Source: Macrostomum lignano
Lineage: Eukaryota
DNA length: 52,521 bases
Assembly: GCA_002269645.1 (NCBI GenBank)
Contig: NIVC01002368.1
Location: 1 to 52,521 of the forward strand
Reading direction: 5' to 3'
Shown here: piece after piece, positions 43,741 to 52,521 of the stretch
How the letters are laid out: each line of letters opens with the position of its first letter
Numbering within the stretch: the stretch's first letter is position 1
Made by a program: the position numbers and the translations under genes
Notes under the pieces: generated by a model
What the model was told of the DNA's origin: nothing
Database searches by the model: none
What the model saw: only the letters and a program-made list of their open reading frames with translations

Positions 43741-46700
43741 TCACTCCCGAAAGCCATACGGGCGGCTAGCGGCCCCATACACCCTCTTAGTCATTACGCG
43801 CTGGAAAGTCTTGTCCATCTCGAGGGTCCGGATTGTACAGCTAGCCTTATCGCGCCTGAACTGGGCCTGGGGCAGGCGTACAGTCCCGCCGTGACGCAGA
43901 ATTTCCTGCAGCTCGTCCTCGCGCTCGGAAATCTCGGGCGTGACTCTGATGCCCTTGCACTTGAGTACCGAGTACAGCGACCTGTCGGGCTTCTCCACCA
44001 CGTACCGGTAGAGCTTGGGGCCTCCCGTGGTGAACTGTACCATGCGGCAGCCGGCAGGTACCTCGTCAGTCCACTGCCCCAAACTCGAACCGCCCGGAGG
44101 CTCGTACTCGCCCGGGGAGCAGCGGTATACGACCCTGGGAGGAGGAGAAGGATAAAAAAGTGTTAAGGGGAGAAAGAGAGACAGAGACAGTGAAAAAATT
44201 ACTTACGAATCGGTATCGGCGTAAATGACGCGGGTTCCTAGACCCTCCAGAGCCTCGTAGAGTCGCAGCCGGGCGTGGGAGGTGGTGAAAACGCCAATAG
44301 GTACATTAGCGTACTTGAACGCCCGCTCGCCAGCACCGCCAAATCGGGGCTTGTACTCGAGCATCATGAAGCTCTCCCCAATTGGCTCGCACGACTTGAC
44401 CTTGATCGAGGGGTCTGTCAGGCGCTGCAGCCACGCCTCGTAGCTGTCCACAATCTCTGTGGAGGTCAGGTCGTCGCGCTGGCAGAACTTGCCCCAGAGC
44501 CTGCAGGGGAAAAATAAATTTTTTTTGTAAGTAGAAAAACATGGTCCCCACTGCAAGTAGAAAAACTTACGAGTTTAGAAAAATCTTGGCAACAAAGCGC
44601 AGGCCAGGATTTTCTTCCACCTTTTCCAGCCGGACGCCTTCGCGCTCGAAAAAGCTGGCCATGTAGGCAGCCTTGGCGTCCTCAGCCATCCCCGGCGAAC
44701 CGCTAGACTCGGCTTTGAGCTTCAAAAAAGTGTTTACATAATCTGCAAACAGACCCGTGCGAGTCTCGGTCCAATAGGCCAGGGCATGAACTGACTGCAG
44801 CTTGTAACCCAACTGCAGGGCCTTGTGGAGCTCTGGGGTCGACCACGTGCCGCGGAGCATTCTCTCAGCGTCAGTGTGTGTACACTCGCTGCTGCACTGG
44901 GTCTCCATGCAGACGCGGCAGAGGCCGAAAACCAGCTTCTTGTTAATCTTGGCGGGCAGTAGCGGGATGTGGAGATTGGTTGGCGGCAGAATCGACACCT
45001 CGGCGATGCCAAAATACCGGGCCAGCTGCAGCTCATCCAGTAGATGAGGCTCGGGGTGGTGTACCGGGTGCCCGACAGGGTACTTGTCAAACTTGTTGAC
45101 AGTCGGGTAGAGCGACACCTAGGGGATAAGGATAATAGAGAATTAGAGGATAAGATAAACTCAAACGCATGTCAACTGTGTGTGTACAAGTGTACAAACT
45201 TACCACATCCCGATAGCGCAGCTCTACAGTCTCGGTGGCCTCGGCGTGCGGGACAAAAGCCTCGGTACGGCCGCCAAACAGGGCATCCTCCAGGCGGATA
45301 GGCTGCTGGACTGGCGCTCCCTCGTCCTGATAGTCGTGCTCCCACAGAACACGCACATTGTATGCAGTGGAGAGCAGCCGGGTGAAGCGCTCAGTCTCCT
45401 CATAAATCGCCCGCATTGGCTGGTTCTTGAGCGGGTGCAGCACGTCGCCGTTGGGGAAGCACTTGGGACAGCCATGGTAGAAGCAGCCATGAAACTGCAG
45501 CACTGTCCTGGTCTCTGGGTCGAAGCCGTCGACCTTACGGCCCATGGCGAAAGCCTCGCCGCCCGAGTCCGCTGTCCGCAACCGGCCGCCAAACTCGGTT
45601 GCATTCAAATGCGCAAGCCAGCACCGCGCCTTGTGCGACTGTACATCGGACCGGCGGGAAATCACCCCAAGAGTGTTGGGCTCCATAAACTTGGTGGTGA
45701 AAACAGCCATAGCCAAGCCCGCAATGGTGTTGGATTGGACAAATGCGTCCAGTCCGCAAATGTCCTTAATCAGGCGGGTGTACTTTAGACAGCCTTCCCG
45801 CAAAATTAACGTGTCCTGCAGGCAGTAGTCCAGGTACTCCTTATTGAAATTAAACACCTGTCCCTCCTGCTTGGCCAGCCAGTCTGCGATGGAGTCGTGC
45901 TGCTTGTTTTTCTTTCCTCCATACATATCAATTGAGCAGTAGGGTCCCACGTACCCCCAATTTTCCGGCTGGTTAAACACGTGCGGGAAATCTCCTTTGG
46001 TCAGTTGGGTGCCCAAACCAAGCGCCTTTGGGAATTGCGCCAGACCAATAGGGATGAAATTGAGGCTGTCCTTGAAGGTGATCTTGTCGCACTTCATACA
46101 TTAGGCGGCTGTTCTGGAAGATCACTTGCGGCTTCTTCTTGGCCAGTCCGTTGAGTAGGCGCCGAGCAGGAGGAATGCGTCATACGCAGAGCCATTGTGC
46201 GCAATAGCAATTGCCCCCTGCTTGAACACACTAGTCAGCCAGCAGTAAAAGGCATCGATAGAGTGCGGCCCGACAGATACAAACTCTCGCATCCCACAGG
46301 CACAGTCATTGTGCGAGACACAGCTCGTGAAATCGAGTGCCAAATCGCGTCCCGCAATGCAATTGGCTGAGCTGTGTAGTCCCCCGCACACGCTGCAGCG
46401 GGGCCTGGGGAAGAGTTTGGGACACGCCTCGCAGGAGGTGGCAGCCGTAACCAAGTGTACCCGGTGCTGCTTGCCAGAGTCCACGTACGTCTCGAAATCA
46501 TAGTAAACATACGGGGCGCTAGACTCTTTGGCTTTGGCGGGGTGACAAAGCACTCGTGGGTGGCAGTTTCGTCGTACTGCTTGCAGACTGGGCACTTGGC
46601 ATAACCACACTGATGCTCAGGGGGCTGGCCTACTTTTAGTTCTTCTAGATAGCCACACGTGCCGCAAACGTGGACTGAATCACAGCGCGATCTGCCGGCC

Positions 46701-48628
46701 TTATTCTTGCGCTTGTGATTTTCTAGGCACTGAGCATTATAGCAATTTAGCCCGCAATCATGGCATCTTACATATGCGCGGTTTGCCTTACAGTTGGAGC
46801 CCGGAGTCTTGCATGTACTGCAGGCATCAGCGCACTTGTGCTTCTCATAATTGCAGTCGTAGGCCATCTCGCACTTGGGGCAGTAGTGATCGGAGCCGAA
46901 AAACGCAGGCAGCTTGGTGACCACATTAAAGTGCTGCTCGACCAGGTGTAGGTGCAGAATCTCGGTGCCAGGCAGGTTGAAGATGCACCTGTTGGCCTCC
47001 TCTGCGCGGTACACGCGTACACCAAAATCGTGCCCTGGATGCAGCCGGTTCAGGGCTCGGATCGCTTCGGGCAGTGCATCCACCCCGAAAGGACCGGCCT
47101 GCGAGACGATTTGATGAGTCTGTGTAGGGGGTAAAATATTTCTTTTAGTATTCCCTGATACTGTGTAAAAAATCTTATCAGAAAATATATCTTTTAGTAT
47201 TCCATGATACTGTGTAAAAATCTTATCAGAAAATATATCTTTTAGTATTCCATGATACTGTGTAAAAATTCTTATCAGAAAATATATCTTTTAGTATTCC
47301 ACGATACTGTGTAAAAATTCTTATCAGAAAATATTTTTTAGTATTCCACGATACTGTGTAAAAATTCTTATCAGAAAAATACTAGAAACTTACCGTGTAG
47401 AGGCCAGCTTCGATTTGTAGCTCAGTCGCAAGCTTAGTCTGCTTGGACGAATTGGCCTTGATTGTACGCCACACCTGCATGGTGATGGACTTGGCCACGA
47501 ATTGCAGGTAGGCGCAGGCCACGACCAGAGCGCGCAGCAGGCATCTCTTGTCCGAGTTGGTGATGCGGACATAGTGCTTGGAGAAGGCGTGCCGCTCTTC
47601 TAGATGCTTGTTCTCGAGAGCACATCCACCTCGAGGCACCCAGGCCTTTAGCAACCGGATAGAAAAGTTGCCCGTCAGGACAGTGGCATCCGACTGTACA
47701 ATCTTGTTGATGTGCTTAAACAACAATTCAGCCGTCATGCGGGATGCACGCACCGGGGGAGTGTGGGCCGCTTTGAGCATATTGTCGCTCTCGAATTTCG
47801 CGGCCATAAAGTCATCACCAGCCAAATCTTGCTTGAAAACTTCGAGCATGTCAGCAAACACCTCCCGCAAATCTTCGGTGTTGGTAATATGCACCACATA
47901 CTCGACACCCTTTGCCCTAAACTTGGGCAGGTCACGCTGATTATCCAGCCGGGCCGTAAAACCTGCATGGGGGGAATGGGGGAGTGTGAGTCAGCTAGGG
48001 TCTGTGTGGGAAATGGGGGGCTGGATAACTCACCCGGTCCGGTAACAGATTCCGGCTGTGTTGGCGGGACAAACGCGTCTGAAAAAACACAAGGAGATAA
48101 AAAACCAGAAGAATCTGTCATTTTCCTGGCCCCAGCGTGTTTCCCCGCCCTAGCCCCAGCAATTTCTTAACAGAGTTTACTCTGCTGTCCCCGCAGCAAC
48201 TCTCTGCAATTTCTTATCTGCACCCCCGCTGCAGCCTGTCGCAGCAGTCTTTGTTTACTCACCCCTGCAACTCTCTGTCGCAGCAATTTGCACCCCAGCT
48301 GCAGCCTGTCTGGACAACACCCCCCTAGCAGCAATTTCTTATCAGCACACACCCGGCTGAAACTTGTCTAGCCCTCCCCTGCAACTCTCTGTTACAGACC
48401 CTGCCGCAGCACCCCACCCTAGCAACTCCAGTCTAGACCCCTGCAGCTGTCGCAGCAGTCTTTGTTGTTTACTCTGCGGTCCCACAGACCCTGCAGCTGC
48501 TGCTGCTGCTCAGCCCCTACCCCCACCCTAGCAACTACAGTCTAGACAGAAATTAATTAAAACTTACCATAAAGACGTTGCCTCTTGTCAGCCAGGAAAG
48601 CAGTTGCTGCGGCGCTGCGTTTAGCCAT
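43741..48628 (-). CDS. pPolB: Protein-primed family-B DNA polymerase, 7 exons (48628-48568, 48078-48034, 47962-47394, 47119-45204, 45118-44571, 44500-44207, 44134-43741), ~1,275 aa; 3 frameshifts in exon 4
   Basis: Exo I YDFET, Exo II AHNGSAYD, KDSLNF, Exo III YCLQD, Vsr-like insert VDGFD...FHGCFYHGCPKC, FGGRTE, motif A YRDV|VSLYP, motif B KIFLNS|LWGKF, motif C YADTDS|V, GPKLY and KCKG. Every junction is GT-AG and phase-compatible. Confidence 0.95.
47136..47385. repeat. ~55-60-bp tandem repeat in pPolB intron 3
   Basis: TTTTAGTATTCCAYGATACTGTGTAAAAATTCTTATCAGAAAAT repeated 4-5 times. Confidence 0.9.
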
Positions 48629-48659
48629 TTTGCAAACAGAGAGCGTGAGAGAGCGGAGA

Positions 48660-48867
48660 GAGAAGGATTTATCTCTCTACCCTGGCTCTGGGGGTCTGTA
48701 TATATACTAAAAAATCTGCTCAGCTCGCCTGTTATTGGATAAATCGCCAAAAACCAACCAAAATCATCAAAAATCACCCCAAAATCATCACCCACCCCAC
48801 CCTCCATCCGGGGGTATATAAGGCGCTGCACGGCTGTCAGAGAGCTCTCTGCTGCTGCTGCTAAATC
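48660..48867. promoter_or_regulatory. Compact bidirectional promoter with TATA boxes at 48699-48706 (pPolB) and 48815-48821 (PC4-like)
   Basis: Each TATA lies 50-70 bp from a divergent ATG; the region is conserved in the outer element (52330-52521). Confidence 0.7.
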
Positions 48868-49400
48868 ATGTCTTCTATCTCTCTATACGAAAACTTTGTG
48901 GCGCGGAAGCCCACATTTGAAACTGAACACAACTTGATTGAAATTCGGCGTCTCTACACCAACGAGGCCGGAGTGTGGAAGGACGGCTTCCCTGCAATCT
49001 ACTTGGCCGAGCCAGAGTGGAAGAAGCTCGAAGCTGCGCGCCCTGACCTGGAGGCTGCTGCCCGCCTTCACGTGAACAAGCGGGTCCTGTTGGGCAATTT
49101 CAAGGCAGTTGAAGCTTCGCGAGGGAGGATCCGTTTGCTGCGCAATTGGCTCAATCAGGACCCAAAGTTTAATTGGCGCTACACGATCGAATTCACGCCT
49201 GAACTGTGGCGCCGGATGTTTGCCGCCCGTTTGGACAAGCTCTTCAAGCCGGCACCTGAGGCACCCCTCCAGCCAAGCGAGTCAAGACAGACACGCCTCC
49301 GGTAGCCGGGACTGAGGTGGATGTTCTTCAGCTCATGGGTCTCAAACCCTACCAATCTCCACCCTGGGAAAATCTGTTTAACGAGGGTTGGGACTGCTAG
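48868..49400 (+). CDS. Tandem PC4/Sub1-like putative ssDNA-binding protein; as written it stops at 49305, with +1 C at ~49265 it ends ...PPPAKRVK...WENLFNEGWDC* at 49400
   Basis: IEIRRLYTNEAGVWKDGFPAIYLAEPEWKKL aligns by eye with PC4 [31 protein letters not shown]. A second unit follows (VLLGNFKAV...RYTIEFTPELWRRM). The outer copy has 5 C where this copy has 4. Confidence 0.6.
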
Positions 49401-49516
49401 TTTCCTATTGGTTCGCACCGCCTCACTCGATCCGTCTATATAATTAGTGTTTCCCCCCTCTCCAGAGAGTCAAACCCTATCTCAGCTCTAATACTTTACT
49501 CTCTGTTGATTCTAGC

Positions 49517-50530
49517 ATGTCCCGCCGAGCTCTATCCAACCTCTGGGATAATAATCGCCCGACTGAAGAGTTAACCAGCCTCGACGGGGATATCCCTGAA
49601 CACATAGTTCCCCTAGGCACTGAAAACAACGGAAGTGATAATTGGGAGGCTGATCAATATCTAGCTTGGGCTATGTCCTATGATAGCGACACCGAGTCTG
49701 AAGTTTTTGACCTCCCGCTGCTGGCTATCGGCGGGGTTGTGAACGGTGCCCCTGCTGCTACTGCCTCCGATTTGACTACCGCCTCAGCCGCCCTCTTTGA
49801 CGTCTCTGTTGAGGAGCTGACCACAACCGGCCCTGCCTCTGCTGCGCCCGTCTCTGCTGCTGCCGCCTCTACTACGCCCGTCTCTGCTGCTGCTTCAACT
49901 ACCTCCCACCGGGCCTCAATATCATCAGCCGCTACGCTCCTTCTCTTCGACGACGAGGACGAGGATATGTCTGAGGAGATCGCCGTGGTTCGTGAGCGCT
50001 TTCCTCGCATTGTGGCCTCATTTTTCCGCGGGGACATTGACTGGCTGAGGTCTCGGCATCCTGGCGGGCTGCCCTCCCAAGCTACCTTTGTCAGAGCCTT
50101 TAATCGGGTTCTTGATACTTTGGTTGCGAGGGGTGCCGGCCTACGGGAGGTGTTGGAGGCTGAGACTCTGCACCAGGACTGGTTGATGGGGCGCAATTCG
50201 TATGCCCCGACTCTGAGGCGTACCTGGCCGGTCCGGGAGCGCGGCCAACTGCGTGGGATGAGCCCGCCGCATGGCCCTCCAACTGGGAGGAGCACCTTTC
50301 GTTGGTGCGCTATACAGCGTCTCTACGTCTGTGGCGGCTGGAGGACGATTTAGATTTGGTAAGATATTACATTATATACACAACTCATCTAATCATATAC
50401 CTTGCATATATTCTATCTACATTGACTGTTATAATTTCCACATTGCCAGTCATCCGACTACTGCTTCGAGAGCGTGGAGGAAGAGGCCGCGTACGAGACA
50501 GCCCTGAGGGAGCGTATGGAGATTGACTGA
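49517..50530 (+). CDS. ORF3, orphan (acidic/low-complexity N-half, helical C-half); probable intron 50359-50449 and last exon 50450-50530; one frameshift near 50170-50280
   Basis: 278-aa ORF. TTG|GTAAGA donor and TTGCCAG| acceptor give ...EDDLDL|SSDYCFESVEEE...ID*; both sites have counterparts in the outer element. Confidence 0.6.
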
Positions 50531-50843
50531 TAAGGGTATTTCTCTTTGTACGCGGTTTGGGGAACCCAACACTGTACACTGGGTAGGTTAGAATGGGCGC
50601 TAGCTGGGGGGCCTCTATGTGTGTATACACGGGGGTTAAAAGACCAATTCTGATAGCTCGCTCCTAGGGAGGAAATTGGCAGAGGGGCCGGCCCAAAAAA
50701 CTGAAATGGGCTGGCCCCGGGCTCGAGTCCACCCACCTAAAATATGGAGGTCATTACAACCTAATGACTCGAAATACTTTCAACGCAATTGTACCTATAA
50801 GAGGGTTAGGGCGGCGGCGGCGGTGGCGAAAACGGGCGGCTAA

Positions 50844-51743
50844 AACCTCCCTTTTGGGATTTCCCCGAACCGCTTTTGTTTAAAATTTTTATGCACCTGC
50901 GGGTTAGACAATATTTACTCTTTAGTCGGTGTGACATTATTTACGCGTCTGTTGCACCTGGGCGTTTGCCTATAATCTGATTATACATGCGTGCCTGTAT
51001 TATACAACTACACCTTATGCATGCCTTGTAAACCTGCTTTATACATTAATCCGATATGTATCGAAAGTACACTTTGTAAACCTGCTGTGTGTATTTCCAC
51101 CTATGTAGCGCCTACAGTACCTGCTTTGTCTATTTCTGCCCATACACCTACATTGTGTGTTTTTGCTGCTCATATGCTCCAATATGTACATTTTAATATG
51201 CAATATGCGTCATTATTCACCTACCAATATGTTTTATCTACATTTTTATGTAAATATACTCAATTTCACCTACTATAAGTAGTTTTCACTAGCCTAATAT
51301 CGTTGACTACATATCGGGAGAGTGGTAGAGTGTACATATCGGTAGAGTGTACCTGGGCTCGGTAGAGTGTACACTCGGGGTGCCTGCGGCTCGGTAGAGT
51401 GTACACTCGGGGTGCCTGCGGCATGGGCGTCTGCGGCATGGGCGCCTACGGCTCGGGAGGGTGCGCCTGCGGCTCGGGAGGGTGTACATATCGGGGTACA
51501 TGTCGGTAGGGTGAGCATACATATCGGGTGCGTGCGCCTGCGGCTGGGAGGGTCGCCGCGGCTGGGGAGGGTCGCCTGCGGCTGGACGGCGCTTGGCGCC
51601 ACGCGCCTGCGGCGCGCGCGCGCCGAGCGCCGATATCGATACGGGTATCGATCACCTAGTGATCGGGGCGCCAGCCAATGAGAGGCGAGGAGGGTTGACA
51701 CCCACCCCCTCCAAAATCAACACATCTGCCAGTCCATAGTAGT
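50844..51743 (-). repeat. Right TIR (900 bp)
   Basis: Ends ...AGTCCATAGTAGT, followed by the TSD. Confidence 0.95.
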
Positions 51744-51749
51744 GACAGA

Positions 51750-52521
51750 TTATATGTAATTATACGATTTATATGAAATTAAGCTTACCAAAATCGGGTT
51801 CGCGCTGTACGGATACGGCACGCCTCAATTAGCAACCCTCGTCAAACAGATTTCCCAAGGGTAGGGTTGATGCTGTCAAGGCAGTCCTGCAGATTGTCCT
51901 CTGTCTTGACTCGCTTGGCTGGAGGGGGTGCCTCAGGTGCCGGCTTGAAGAGCTTGTCCAAACGGGCGCAAACATCCGGCGCCACAGTTCAGGCTTGAAT
52001 TCGATCGTGTAGCGCCAATTAAACTTTGGGTCCTGATTGAGCCAATTGCGCAGCAAACGGATCCTCCCTCGCGAAGCTTCAACTGCCTTGAAATTGCCCA
52101 ACAGGACCCGCTTGTTCAGTGAAGGCGGGCAGCAGCCTCCAGGTCAGGCGCGCAGCTTCGAGCTTCTTCACTCTGGCTCGGCCAAGTAGATTGCAGGGAA
52201 GCGTCCTTCCACACTCCGGCCTCGTTGGTGTAGAGACGCCCGAATTTCAATCAAGTTGTGTTCAGTTTCAAATGTGGGCTTCCGCGCCACAAAGTTTTCG
52301 TATAGAGAGATAGAAGACATGATTTAGCAGCAGCAGCAGAGAGCTCTTCTGACAGCCGTGCAGCGCCTTATATACCCCGGATGGAGGGTGGGGTGGGTGA
52401 TGGATTTTGGGGTGATTTTTGATGATTTTGGTTGGTTTGGCGATTGACAATAACAGGCGAGCTGAGCAGATTTTTTAGTATATATACAGACCCCCAGAGC
52501 CAGGGTAGAGAGATAAATCCT
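51750..52521 (-). mobile_element. Continuation of the outer element: PC4-like gene copy (~52321-51829, many 1-nt deletions), promoter, ORF3 largely absent
   Basis: Reverse-complement match to 48660-49390; then ~40 bp to a GTAAG donor at ~51787. Confidence 0.9.

Larger units (their letters stand above)
42471..51743. mobile_element. Complete 9,273-bp minimal Polinton/Maverick-like element (TIR - pPolB <- promoter -> PC4-like -> ORF3 - TIR)
   Basis: TSD GACAGA at 42465-42470 and 51744-51749; ~900-bp TIRs; protein-primed PolB gene. Confidence 0.93.

Noticed and set aside
49678-50295. 205-aa antisense ORF to ORF3
   Set aside because: Probably a shadow of GC-rich coding sequence; no motifs.
50450-50490. 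DYCFESVEEE as an Rb-binding LxCxE motif, tempting next to lin-9
   Set aside because: The Leu position is Asp, so it is not canonical; proximity to lin-9 (45 kb) is probably chance.
40989-51743. Pairing the 40989 TIR with the right TIR as one 10.7-kb element
   Set aside because: Flanks CCGCAG and GACAGA do not match, and diagnostic variants pair 42471 with 51743.
42471-51743. Casposon, bidnavirus, adenovirus or contaminant
   Set aside because: No Cas1 or capsid gene; spliceosomal introns, a 6-bp TSD and integration in host repeats fit a Polinton-type element.

Overview
Repeat-rich animal genomic DNA with short GT-AG introns, Q/A-rich proteins and TTAGGG repeats. It looks like a free-living flatworm such as Macrostomum, but that is inference only. 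Host genes: a 5-exon lin-9 (DREAM/MuvB subunit), an ankyrin-repeat + MAP3K-like kinase locus, a RhoGAP, an AAC4-like gene, a 2-exon orphan with a degenerate duplicate, and a U6 snRNA. Also present are many minisatellites, three head-to-tail non-autonomous Helitrons and LINE fragments. The highlight is a complete 9,273-bp Polinton/Maverick-like element at 42471-51743, with ~900-bp TIRs, ACTACT...AGTAGT ends and a perfect 6-bp TSD (GACAGA). It carries only three genes: a 7-exon protein-primed DNA polymerase B (three of its six introns split motifs A, B and C), a tandem PC4-like putative ssDNA-binding protein, and an orphan ORF. No integrase, capsid, packaging ATPase or separate maturation protease is recognisable. 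It is nested, in opposite orientation, in an intron of a related element that starts at 40989 and runs off the window. Several 1-nt frameshifts may be long-read consensus errors. All homology calls come from recalled motifs, not database searches.
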